DNA of 64,000 bases. Source: an uncultured Verrucomicrobiae bacterium (GTDB lineage Bacteria > Verrucomicrobiota > Verrucomicrobiia > Limisphaerales > Palsa-1400). Below, one piece after another: positions 1 to 10,240 of the stretch. The notes beneath the pieces are model-generated. The model was not told the origin of the DNA. It saw only the letters and a program-made list of their open reading frames with translations, and did no database searches. Both the position numbers and the translations under genes were made by a program. Position 1 is the first letter of the stretch. Each line of letters starts with the position of its first letter. The DNA lies in assembly GCA_963702845.1 (NCBI GenBank), contig OY969763.1, positions 4,896,001 to 4,960,000 on the forward strand. Reading direction: 5' to 3'.

Positions 1-93
1 TATTGAGACATCGAATTCGGCGAGTTCCAGGCGAGCGCGGATCAACTCCGCTTCCGCCGGATTAAGCGTGGAGAAAACGGTTACTAAGTCCAT
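1..93 (-). CDS. DUF2007-like (putative signal-transducing) protein, 5' part only; runs off the window edge
   Basis: The reverse strand from ATG at 93 reads MDLVTVFSTLNPAEAELIRARLELAEFDVSI, matching the 'V.vf....eA.lik..Le..gi' N-terminus of DUF2007 proteins. Not in the ORF track because it is truncated. Confidence 0.6.
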   Translation of the reverse strand, partial: MDLVTVFSTLNPAEAELIRARLELAEFDVSI

Positions 94-180
94 GATAGAA
101 GCATGGATTCACTTGACGCATCGCGCAATCCGGAAAAATAACTTGAAACACGTAGTGGAGAAGCAATCCAATGAGGATGA

Positions 181-633
181 ATGGCAAGATTGACGCACAT
201 TAATTCACGCGGAGAGGCCAGCATGGTCGACGTTTCAGCAAAACCGATCGTCCTGCGCGAAGCTACGGCCGTCGGTGAAATCATTCTGCAACCCGCAACC
301 GTCCGCGCCATCCGCAAAGACCAAATCACTAAAGGCAACGTGTTGGCCGCCGCTCGCATTGCCGGAATCAGCGCCGCCAAAAAAACTGCCGACCTGATTC
401 CACTTTGTCATCCCCTGCCACTCACCCACTGTGAAGTGCTGTTTGCTCTTAAACAAAACCGCATCATCATTACTGCATCGGCCAAAATCGCTGCCCAAAC
501 CGGCATCGAAATGGAGGCGTTGACGGCCGTTTCCGTCGCGGCCCTCACCATTTACGATATGTGCAAGGCGATCGACAAAAAGATGCGCATCGAGAACATT
601 CACCTCGTCTCCAAGACCAAGAAAGCAATCTGA
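181..633 (+). CDS. moaC: Cyclic pyranopterin monophosphate synthase MoaC
   Basis: LTH...GEASMVDVSAK, LIPLCHPL, TGIEMEALTAV and YDMCKAIDK motifs. Confidence 0.97.
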   Translation: MARLTHINSRGEASMVDVSAKPIVLREATAVGEIILQPATVRAIRKDQITKGNVLAAARIAGISAAKKTADLIPLCHPLPLTHCEVLFALKQNRIIITASAKIAAQTGIEMEALTAVSVAALTIYDMCKAIDKKMRIENIHLVSKTKKAI

Positions 634-634
634 C

Positions 635-1117
635 ATGCAAATTGAAGTTGGCATCATCACCATTTCCGACCGCGCCTCCCGCGGCCTTTACGACGACCTC
701 GGCGGACCTGCGCTCAAGAAAGCAGCCGAAGGTTACGGTTGGAAAATTCTCGCGGATGCACTGGTCCCCGACGAAAAGCGCGACATTCAACGCGCCATTC
801 GTGAAATGATTTCCAAAGGTTGCGGTCTCATCCTGACCACTGGCGGCACCGGCGTTAGCCTGCGCGATGTCACACCGGAAGCAGTCCGCGAGATCGCCGT
901 TCGTGAACTTACCGGTTTCGGTGAAGTCATGCGCATGGAATCGATGAAGATTACCAAGAACGCAATTCTTTCCCGAAACCTCGCTGCCGTTGTCGAAAAA
1001 TCTTTGATTGTCTGCCTTCCCGGGAAACCAAGTGGCGCTGTTGAGTGTTTAAGCTTTGTGGTTGGCGCGATTCCGCATTGCGTGGAAGTTTTGCAGGAAG
1101 TACCAACGAGCTGTTAA
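635..1117 (+). CDS. mog: Molybdopterin adenylyltransferase MogA/MoaB family
   Basis: ITISDRAS.G.YDD.GGP, TTGGTG..RDVTPEA and LPGKP motifs; directly after moaC. Confidence 0.9.
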   Translation: MQIEVGIITISDRASRGLYDDLGGPALKKAAEGYGWKILADALVPDEKRDIQRAIREMISKGCGLILTTGGTGVSLRDVTPEAVREIAVRELTGFGEVMRMESMKITKNAILSRNLAAVVEKSLIVCLPGKPSGAVECLSFVVGAIPHCVEVLQEVPTSC

Positions 1118-1567
1118 ATGAAAATTATTTCAACGCAAAGGCGCAAAATGGCAAAGCCGCAAAGCCAAGAAGGAAGAATCTTTTATCAACTTCGCGTTTT
1201 TGCCTCTTTGCGCCTTTGCGTTCCTGTCTTTTTCGCTTTGTTCGTGGTTGCCGGCTGCGTCAGCAAATCCAAAGCAAGGATCAACGCGCAACAGGCCTAC
1301 ATCGCCGGCCAACAGAGTGCGATGATGACGATGCAGCAGAACAAAACTTCAGTGCAAGTTCGCGGCAACGTGAAGAACACCGTCATTCCGTGGACCGAAG
1401 GTCTCACGATGGCGCAAGCGATCGTCGCCGCAGAATACCAGGGCGCACATGACCCATCGTCGGTCATCATTGTACGCAATGGCACCGGCACCGAAATAAA
1501 AGCAGTGGAACTTTTGCACGGACACGACGAACCGTTGCAACCCGGTGACATGATCGAAATTCGTTAA
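1118..1567 (+). CDS. Putative lipoprotein with SLBB-like (beta-grasp) domain; true start uncertain
   Basis: Hydrophobic stretch ending in lipobox VVAGC; V.V.G.V...IPWTEGLT..QAI.AA...L.PGD.IEI pattern. The N-terminus overlaps a palindromic repeat. Confidence 0.6.
   Translation: MKIISTQRRKMAKPQSQEGRIFYQLRVFASLRLCVPVFFALFVVAGCVSKSKARINAQQAYIAGQQSAMMTMQQNKTSVQVRGNVKNTVIPWTEGLTMAQAIVAAEYQGAHDPSSVIIVRNGTGTEIKAVELLHGHDEPLQPGDMIEIR
1132..1222. repeat. REP-like inverted repeat (AACGCAAAG.CGC family)
   Basis: aacgcaaaggcgcaaa...tttgcgcctttgcgtt palindrome; related copies at 9252-9326 and 19798-19906. Confidence 0.7.
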
Positions 1568-1569
1568 CC

Positions 1570-2661
1570 ATGCGCGAGCCTGAACCACTACAACAAGTCG
1601 ACCGCACCTACGTGCGTCACAAAGGCCAAAAGCTTTCGTACTTTGCCGGCTGCGACTACTTTCGTTTGGCCTGGCATCCAGACGTTCAACGCGCGACTGC
1701 TACCGGCTTAAAGAAATACGGCTTGAGTGTTTCAGCATCGCGCCTCACCACAGGCAACCACAAAATTTTCGCCGAAGTTGAGAAAGCGCTCACAAAGTTT
1801 TTTGATGCCCCGGCCGCCTTGCTCGTTTCCAACGGTTACAACACCAGCGGCATCGTTGCACAGGCATTGCGCGACGACGTATCGCACGTCCTCATCGATG
1901 AAAAAGCGCACGTCAGTCTCAAAGATGCTGCCCGTCAGTTTGATTGTGCGGTGATTACCTTCGCACATCGCGATGCGTCCGACTTAAAACGCAAACTCCC
2001 GCGCTCAAGCAAGCGCATCGCCGTGCTGACCGACGGCATGTTCGCACACGACGGCTATATCGCACCGTTAGACGAGTATGCAAAAGTTTTGCCAAAGAAC
2101 GCCGTTGTGCTCGTCGACGACGCACATGGCGCGGGTGTTCTCGGGCGAACCGGCAAAGGCACACTCGAAGAAACTGGCGTCGCGCGCGCTCGCGTTATTC
2201 AGGCGATCACTCTTAGCAAAGCCTTCGGCGCTTACGGCGGCGCGATTCTGTGCGAACCGGCTTTGCGCGAAAAAATGATCCAAAAAAGCGGCATGTTCGC
2301 CGGTAGCACTCCTGTACCGCTGCCGCTGGCCAATGCCGCGATTGCCGGAATTCAACTTTTGAAGCGCGACAAGAGTTTGCGCCGTCGCCTCTGCCACAAC
2401 GTCCAGTTCGTAAAAACCGCTCTCGCCGCTCACCATCCGACGATCGTCCAAACGCCCGCGCCAATCGTCACGTTAGTTCCTGCTTCGGCCACCGTCGCCG
2501 CAGCCATGCGCATGCGCTTGCTCGCGCATAAGGTTTTCCCGTCCTTCATCCAATATCCGGGTGGACCGCCCAACGGCTATTTCCGTTTCGTCATTTCCAG
2601 CGAGCACACCAAAGCTCAACTGTTCGATCTCGTTTGCGCACTCAGTGAAGGCGAATCATAA
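1570..2661 (+). CDS. PLP-dependent class I/II aminotransferase, 8-amino-7-oxononanoate synthase (BioF)-like
   Basis: SASRLTTGNH, DEKAHVSL, VDDAHGAGVLG and TLSKAFGAYGG (PLP lysine) motifs. Confidence 0.85.
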   Translation: MREPEPLQQVDRTYVRHKGQKLSYFAGCDYFRLAWHPDVQRATATGLKKYGLSVSASRLTTGNHKIFAEVEKALTKFFDAPAALLVSNGYNTSGIVAQALRDDVSHVLIDEKAHVSLKDAARQFDCAVITFAHRDASDLKRKLPRSSKRIAVLTDGMFAHDGYIAPLDEYAKVLPKNAVVLVDDAHGAGVLGRTGKGTLEETGVARARVIQAITLSKAFGAYGGAILCEPALREKMIQKSGMFAGSTPVPLPLANAAIAGIQLLKRDKSLRRRLCHNVQFVKTALAAHHPTIVQTPAPIVTLVPASATVAAAMRMRLLAHKVFPSFIQYPGGPPNGYFRFVISSEHTKAQLFDLVCALSEGES

Positions 2662-3343
2662 CAACCGGCCGTTCGTTTTCCTTAACCTCGCGATCACCGC
2701 CGACGGAAAAATCGCGCCTGCCAATCGTCATTTCATCCCCTTCACCAGTAAACGCGATCAAACACATCTTCTCGAACTCCGCACCCAGGCCGACGCCGTC
2801 ATTTCCGGCGCGCGCACGGTCGACTTATCCGCCGTCACTATGGGATCGGGCGGCGCAAAATACCGGCGCATGCGGCTCAAGAATGGCCTGGCCGAACAAC
2901 CTTTGCGCGTCGTCGTCAGTGGCGGCGGCACGATTGATCCGAACGCCGAGATCTTTAAACGCGGTTCCGCGCCACTCATTATCCTGACTACCGAGCGCGC
3001 CGGCGAACGTCTGAAACAACTGCACGAACTGGCCGACGAAGTAAAAGTCTGTGGAAAAGAACATCTCAACTTTGCATTCGCTCTCGGATGGCTACGCGAA
3101 AAGTGGAAGGTCAAACGACTTCTCTGCGAAGGCGGCGGTGAAATCAACGCCGGTCTATTCGAGGCTGGTCTCGTGGACGAATTGCACCTGACCATCTCGC
3201 CAACAACCATTTTCGGCGGCCGCACCGCACCGACTTTATCAGACGGCAATGGCATCGAGCATCTGACCGACGCTACCAGATTCCGCATCCATTCCAAACG
3301 CCAAATCGGCGACGAGCTTTTCCTCGTGTATCGCAGAGTATAA
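2645..3343 (+). CDS. RibD C-terminal-domain / dihydrofolate-reductase-family protein (Rib7/ArfC-like reductase)
   Basis: RPFVFLNLAITADGKIA, LR.QADAV.SGARTV, LLCEGGGE.N and LVDEL.LTI.P motifs. Start placed at GTG 2645, overlapping the upstream gene. Confidence 0.85.
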   Translation: MKANHNNRPFVFLNLAITADGKIAPANRHFIPFTSKRDQTHLLELRTQADAVISGARTVDLSAVTMGSGGAKYRRMRLKNGLAEQPLRVVVSGGGTIDPNAEIFKRGSAPLIILTTERAGERLKQLHELADEVKVCGKEHLNFAFALGWLREKWKVKRLLCEGGGEINAGLFEAGLVDELHLTISPTTIFGGRTAPTLSDGNGIEHLTDATRFRIHSKRQIGDELFLVYRRV

Positions 3344-3399
3344 ACGCATTCGTTGAACAAGCTTGGAAAGCTCGAGCACTTTCTGTTAAATCCCGCTCG

Positions 3400-4404
3400 T
3401 TGACATCGCCTGTTGTCTATATCAACCAGCACCACCTCGCATCCCCGTGGTTTTTCCTCGCGCTGTTTCTGGCGGCGTCGTTCCTCATGATCTGGAGGCT
3501 CGAATCCATGTCCGCTAACGGCATGGAAGGAACCGTCCTCGGCACGCTCATCATGCCTTACTGCTCGGGCTTGGGTAATTTGGTCTTCGCTATTCTCCTG
3601 GGAATGCATCACGGCTCCGGCTCCGACGTCATGACCAACTGCCTGGTAAACAACGTTACGAACCTCACGCTCATCGTTGGCCTTCCCGCCATTTTCTGCA
3701 ACATGAGCATCGTGGGTGGCTCGCAAAGCAAAAACGGAAAATCTGGCAAAAAACAATCCGGCAACACCGCGCAACTCAATCGCCTCTCACTTTTGTTGAC
3801 GCTCCTCGCGGTTCTTTTCTTTACCGGCGTGACCTGGGCTCTCGGCAGGGACGGTCGCATCAGTTATGACGACGGCCTGGTCCTCGTCGGACTGTTCCTC
3901 TTCTGGCAATGCTTCCACGTTTACGAAGTCATGAAAACAAACGTGCAGAAAAATCGCACGTTCGGTTTGATGATCCTCATCGACTTGAGCCTTTTGGCCG
4001 TGGGTGCCTACGGCATCTATTTGAGCACTGATTGGCTCGTGAACTGGATTTCGAGCGTCAAATCCGGTTTCATCAGCGCGCAATACCTGGGATGGCTCAG
4101 CGGTTGGCTAATGGTTCTGCCAAATGGCCTGCTCGCCTTCTATTACGCGTGGAAAAAACAGCCGGAAGTCGTCTACACGTCACAAGTCGGCGATGGCCAC
4201 ATCTGCATCCCGCTCTGCATCGGCATTTACGCTCTCTACCAACCGATGATCGTGCCGCATTACTTCATGACCGGGGTGTTCATCCTCTGTGCCGCCACCG
4301 TGGCGCACATCTTCTACGTGGCATTTGTCGGCAAGCTGACCCGACCCGCCGGCTGGGTTCTCTGCGGAGCTTACGTATGGTTCCTTTACCGCGGCCTTAA
4401 ATAG
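3400..4404 (+). CDS. Sodium:calcium antiporter (CaCA)-like membrane protein
   Basis: About 10 TM segments with two degenerate alpha-repeats (GTVLGTLIMPYCSGLGNL...NNVTN; GWLSGWLMVLPN...SQVGDGHI). Confidence 0.65.
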   Translation: MTSPVVYINQHHLASPWFFLALFLAASFLMIWRLESMSANGMEGTVLGTLIMPYCSGLGNLVFAILLGMHHGSGSDVMTNCLVNNVTNLTLIVGLPAIFCNMSIVGGSQSKNGKSGKKQSGNTAQLNRLSLLLTLLAVLFFTGVTWALGRDGRISYDDGLVLVGLFLFWQCFHVYEVMKTNVQKNRTFGLMILIDLSLLAVGAYGIYLSTDWLVNWISSVKSGFISAQYLGWLSGWLMVLPNGLLAFYYAWKKQPEVVYTSQVGDGHICIPLCIGIYALYQPMIVPHYFMTGVFILCAATVAHIFYVAFVGKLTRPAGWVLCGAYVWFLYRGLK

Positions 4405-4816
4405 CCAACGGATCTTTCCGAAAAGTCTCGGTCAACTCCAGAAATGGCACTTGCGCACTAAGCCAACGCGAATCCTTCGTAATCCCCTCCATCGAGTTTG
4501 CCGTGTTGTTGCAGATGAGGTAAAGCTGTGAGCCGATCACCATCATAGCTTCGAAGTGGGTGCCGTTGCCGTATCGCGCAAATTCGAAATCGCCCGGCCC
4601 ATGATCCTGGCGCATTAACGTGGGCCGCAATTCACCCGCGTCGCGCCCAAAATTCTTTTCAAACCCTTCCTGCCGCGGCCCCATGTAACGCGCAATGGTT
4701 GCCTTGCCCGCGACAAAGCTGAGAACGACCCATTCGTCGAAAACGGTCTTTCCGTACATCGAATTCATGCGTTCAGCACAGTTTTTAATCAAATTAATAG
4801 CTTGGTCGAGTTTCAT
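4397..4816 (-). CDS. Hypothetical protein
   Basis: 139-aa ORF with plausible codon usage and an upstream GGAG; stop overlaps the convergent gene. Confidence 0.7.
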   Translation of the reverse strand: MKLDQAINLIKNCAERMNSMYGKTVFDEWVVLSFVAGKATIARYMGPRQEGFEKNFGRDAGELRPTLMRQDHGPGDFEFARYGNGTHFEAMMVIGSQLYLICNNTANSMEGITKDSRWLSAQVPFLELTETFRKDPLAI

Positions 4817-4890
4817 AGATGCTCCTAGGGGACGAGCTAAGCAATTCTCATCCCAACCGACAAGCCCAATTCAAAAAGCGCGCAAAACTA

Positions 4891-4960
4891 CTGTATTTAG
4901 GTGTATCTAGCTGTATTTAGACGGACCTGGCTGCACTTAGGTGCAAACAGGTGCAGTTCG
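4891..4960. repeat. Degenerate 10-bp tandem array (7 units)
   Basis: ctgtatttag gtgtatctag ctgtatttag acggacctgg ctgcacttag gtgcaaacag gtgcagttcg. Confidence 0.8.
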
Positions 4961-4970
4961 CTCCTATCAC

Positions 4971-5070
4971 ACCCCTCCACCCCCTTCCAACCCGTCACGC
5001 CGTCCCAAGCCACGTAAACATTGACGATTTCTGCATTTTCACCCGTCCCGCGGGAGGTACCGCCTCCGTC
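4971..5070 (-). repeat. Dispersed non-coding GACGG-repeat module, copy A
   Basis: The reverse complement aligns without gaps to 33061-33160 (70/100 identities by manual count). Confidence 0.8.
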
Positions 5071-5082
5071 CCACACAAAAAG

Positions 5083-5113
5083 AAAAACTCCGGCAAGGAT
5101 AACCTTGCCGGAG
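5083..5113 (-). terminator. Rho-independent terminator of VPDSG-CTERM gene 1
   Basis: Perfect stem ctccggcaagg/ccttgccggag followed by a U-run on the minus strand. Confidence 0.85.
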
Positions 5114-5139
5114 AAATGGAAACAATTTGAGGTTGCCTA

Positions 5140-5799
5140 TTAGGCAGTCTTGCGAGAACGAGCAAACAAGGCCAAGCCAGTCAAGCCGGAGCCCAACAAA
5201 GCGAGGGTCATGCCCGCGTCAGGGACCGGGACTGTCACCTGCTGATCAAAGCTCGACTGTCCGGCACCGGTCGCCACCAAAATTGCGGTGAGCGTCAAGG
5301 TCGATGAGCCAGGGCCACTAATGGCGCCAGTCGTAGTTCCACTAAACGCTCCAAGAGTAGTGAAAGTCTGAGTGGCCACAGTGGTACTACCCGGAGCAGT
5401 GGTGACACCGAAACTAGCGCTGGTGTTTCCTAGGGTACCGCCGACGGCGTTTACGATGGTGCCAGAAAATGGCCCCAAGTTGTCGGCCGTGAACCTCATG
5501 GTCAACGTACTACTACCAACACCGTTAAATGAATTTACCGAGCTGAGGTCGACAAATGGGTGTGAAGCGTTACCAAGGGGGCCTGGAGGGTTGGCTGTGC
5601 CGGTCGTCACGTTGATGGTCCAACCGCCGATAGTACCGATGAACGTCACGGCGCCAACGTTGACATTTGCGTCGCCTGCAAGCTGGTCAACAATGGTCAC
5701 AGAATTAACGCCATCGCTCAAAAACAAGGTCGGCACCGCAGTTGCAGATTGCACAGCGAGTAATGCCGCTGCCGCACTTAGAATTAATATTTTCTTCAT
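5140..5799 (-). CDS. VPDSG-CTERM (PEP-CTERM-like exosortase substrate) secreted protein
   Basis: Signal peptide MKKILILSAAAALLAVQSATA; Thr/Gly/Ser-rich body; C-terminal VPDAG-TM-RSRK. Confidence 0.9.
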   Translation of the reverse strand: MKKILILSAAAALLAVQSATAVPTLFLSDGVNSVTIVDQLAGDANVNVGAVTFIGTIGGWTINVTTGTANPPGPLGNASHPFVDLSSVNSFNGVGSSTLTMRFTADNLGPFSGTIVNAVGGTLGNTSASFGVTTAPGSTTVATQTFTTLGAFSGTTTGAISGPGSSTLTLTAILVATGAGQSSFDQQVTVPVPDAGMTLALLGSGLTGLALFARSRKTA

Positions 5800-5864
5800 A
5801 TGAATATGTTTCTTGGTTTATTTCCGTTTTTTTTCCCGACACATTCGTGCCGCATCCCTCCATT

Positions 5865-5881
5865 AGCCTAACCCGTGCCAA
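5865..5881 (-). promoter_or_regulatory. sigma54 (-24/-12) promoter
   Basis: Minus strand TTGGCACGGGTTAGGCT: TGGCAC and exact GG-N10-GC spacing, about 65 nt upstream of the ATG. Confidence 0.75.
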
Positions 5882-5978
5882 CTTACGATCGAGTCAACAG
5901 CATCAATATAAACTGCCACTTATAAAGGGTTTACATTGCCACTTTTTTTCCAACAGCGCATTCGAAGTTAGGCTGTTC

Positions 5979-6095
5979 CGTAAAGTATTCCGACGCTCCT
6001 GCCGCGCAATGCATCAACCAACCGACAATCACAATGCAATCAACTAATATTCAGCGGTTTCCAAATGCGCTAATGGCCTGTAAGGCGATCCGACG
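5979..6095. promoter_or_regulatory. Two putative enhancer (bEBP) boxes YGTAA-N7-YYGAC
   Basis: cgtaaagtattccgacg (5979-5995) and tgtaaggcgatccgacg (6079-6095), about 100 and 200 bp upstream of the sigma54 site. Confidence 0.6.
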
Positions 6096-6347
6096 ATTTC
6101 GACGTGGCAAACCGTCACTTGAGGATTGTCAAAGGATCGATTTTTCGGGCAAAACAACCCCTCTCTTATCTTTGTCTGCCCTCGCGCACAAACGCCGGGC
6201 TCCGCACCTCGACTGCATAAAAGGGTCAGCTTGTCGCAGCCAAGAATTTTTACAGCTGTAACCCGCACTGATGGAAAAAAGGAAAAACCCCAGCAAACAT
6301 AAAGTTCGCCAGGGCTTTTACTAACGGAGAGTGTTAAAGCGCTGTAA

Positions 6348-7016
6348 TTACGTCGTCTTGCGGGTTCGGTTGAACGCTGCCAAGCTAATCAGGCTCGAAC
6401 CAAGTAAGGCCACGGTCAACCCAGCATCGGGAACGCGCAGATCTTCACTTAAACTGGTGACACCATAGTGGGTATGAGTGATCGTCGCGACTTCGGTCAA
6501 TGAGAACGAGGCACCAAGTGACAAGGGCGTTGACGCAAGGTCGTTAAACCCACCGACACTGAACGGCCCCTGCGAGGTCAAAAGTGTCCCTTGGCCAAAA
6601 AGAGCGTTCGATGCGTCGGCATACGTTTGGACGCTCACGGTACCACCGGCCGTTCCACCCGTCTTCGAGACAAACACACCGGAAGAGGGACCGAAGAAGT
6701 CGTCGGAGAACTTGATAGTGAGGGACCCAGCACCTTTTGAGTTGGCATTAACCGAGCCCAAACTCATCCAAGGTTGGGTAGCAGATCCAAGGTCCGGCTT
6801 GCTCAAGCCAGTGGTGACGTTCATCGTCCAGTTAATTCCAACCGCGCCATTGTAGCCAACAACGCCAACTGCGGAATTAGAATCCAAAGCACTACCGTCA
6901 GCAATGGTCACAGAAGTGACACCATCACTCAGATACAACGTCGGAACTGCACTTGCGCTGCCTACCAAGCCGAGAACTCCCGCTGTCACTCCCAAAATTT
7001 TTACGGACAATTTCAT
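6348..7016 (-). CDS. VPDSG-CTERM secreted protein, paralog of 5140-5799
   Basis: Start MKLSVKILG at 7016; shared mature N-terminus VPTL(F/Y)LSDGV.SVTI.D; C-terminal VPDAG-TM-RTRK. Confidence 0.9.
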   Translation of the reverse strand: MKLSVKILGVTAGVLGLVGSASAVPTLYLSDGVTSVTIADGSALDSNSAVGVVGYNGAVGINWTMNVTTGLSKPDLGSATQPWMSLGSVNANSKGAGSLTIKFSDDFFGPSSGVFVSKTGGTAGGTVSVQTYADASNALFGQGTLLTSQGPFSVGGFNDLASTPLSLGASFSLTEVATITHTHYGVTSLSEDLRVPDAGLTVALLGSSLISLAAFNRTRKTT

Positions 7017-7070
7017 ATTCGACAACCTAACGCTCAACGAACCGGTCTATAACCGTATCCGGTTAAGTAT

Positions 7071-7087
7071 AGCGACCGCCGTGCCAA
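7071..7087 (-). promoter_or_regulatory. sigma54 (-24/-12) promoter
   Basis: Minus strand TTGGCACGGCGGTCGCT, exact GG-N10-GC. Confidence 0.75.
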
Positions 7088-7187
7088 CAGGTTTTACGCG
7101 GTGCGCGTTTTTCGTGTATGTCACTATGAATAGGACGCTTAGAGTCGTCAAATTTCTATTTCATTGCTTTGGCCAGCTCGGCCTAAA

Positions 7188-7306
7188 CGTAAGTAATTCT
7201 GACCGAATGGCTAGGTAAACCCCTATAAAACGCTCGCAAACGATTGTAAGCGCCTGATTGAGTTAGTGTTACACAAATAACCGCCGAAGTGTAAAGCAAG
7301 TCGACA
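7188..7306. promoter_or_regulatory. Two putative enhancer boxes YGTAA-N7-YYGAC
   Basis: cgtaagtaattctgacc (7188-7204) and tgtaaagcaagtcgaca (7290-7306); same spacing as upstream of the paralog. Confidence 0.6.
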
Positions 7307-7445
7307 AGTTATGTCCTTGGAACTGTGCCGTTTACGTCGAAATCCATCAGGGTTTTACCTTATAGTGCGTTCGTCGCCGTGGTCGCCAAACCTCGAAACA
7401 ATAGTTGACACGAACGTCGTGCTGGGTTGCTCTGGCTAAGCGTAG

Positions 7446-7672
7446 ATGAACCCGTATTTCAAAGCAGCGCTGTTTTTGATTCGCCTGATCGCGGCCGGTT
7501 TCGTCATTTTTGGTTTCACGCTCCTGTGTAGCGACCTTTTCCTGATGCTTTCGCACAAGCCAGTTTCAGGCCCGGGCACCCTTGCGCTAAAAGCCCTTCC
7601 CATCTTAATTGGCTTAGTACTCTTCCTGAAGAGCTACGCGCTGGCGAAACATTTGACCAAGGATTTCGACCC

Positions 7673-7676
<4 letters not shown>
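7446..7676 (+). CDS. Small two-TM hypothetical membrane protein
   Basis: 76 aa with two hydrophobic helices; ATGA overlap with the next gene. Confidence 0.65.
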
Positions 7677-9247
<1,571 letters not shown>

Positions 9248-9251
9248 TGGA

Positions 9252-9326
9252 CAACGCAAAGACGCGAAGAAGCAAAGGCGCAAAGTTCGTTTGCTGAACT
9301 ATTCATTCCTTAGCGTCTTTGCGTTG
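9252..9326. repeat. REP-like inverted repeat (AACGCAAAG family) between convergent genes
   Basis: caacgcaaagacgc...gcgtctttgcgttg. Confidence 0.7.
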
Positions 9327-9330
9327 AAAG

Positions 9331-10237
9331 CTAAGGAACCAAAATTTCTTTCCTCAACAACCCTACATTCTCATTTCGCAACCGCACATCCAAGGTCCCA
9401 TCGACCATCTTTTCCGGCCCTACGTGCCCGTCGCAAAATACCACATTCGCGCGCTTATTATGGCGGAAGTGCGCGTGGGCTGCGTCGGCTCGATAATCCA
9501 CTGAGTAGAATTCTTCCAACATCGGATTGCTCGCCGAGGCCGGCGCTTGAAACGTGTTCACTTGCGCTGCGTCGGCCAACAAAACTGTGTCCGCCGGACG
9601 CACGATTCGCTTCGTCGAAATCGGCGGATACGTGACGTTCGTGGAAAGGTTCAAATTGTATCCATAACCATAAGCCGCGCCGGTCGCTTTATATTTGAAC
9701 TGTGTCGCCGCAATAATTCAGTGACGGACAAATATCCACGCCGTGCCCGCGCAAATACGGATACAACGCGCCTTGCGTCACATCAAAACCGCGCGTCGCC
9801 TCCGCGCCGTTCTCCAACCAACCAAACCAATACAAACGGCCATTGTTCGTCGTCCAATAGAAGTAACGAAAACAATTCCCGCTATTCTCATCCCAATACA
9901 AATGCGTCGCGATCCCGAGCTGATGCAAATCGCTCGTGCACTGTATCCTTTGTGCCGATTTTTTACTTCGCGCCAAAACGGGCAATAACAGCGACGCCAG
10001 AATCGAGATGATCGCAATAACAACGAGCAACTCGATTAACGTGAAGCCGATTTTTTCGTTCCGTGGCGGACGTTTTTGCAATTCCGTTTTCAAACAATCC
10101 GGACAAAGACAATCGCGTCCCGCCACCGGCGGCACAGATGGCATTTCCATGCACCAACACCTGGTGCCGGGGCATCCCGCATAACACAGAAACGCCTTGC
10201 CGCAGATGGCACACGCTTTTGTCTTCGCCAGACTCAT
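9331..10237 (-). CDS. Cys-rich CWC domain fused to prepilin-type N-terminal methylation / H-X9-DG (DUF1559-like) protein; frameshift near 9700
   Basis: CAICGKAFLC...CWC...CLCPDCL, then G|FTLIELLVVIAIISILASLLLPVL. After the frameshift: YGYGYN...HFRHNKRANVVFCDGHV (H-X9-DG). Confidence 0.85.
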
Positions 10238-10240
10238 GAA

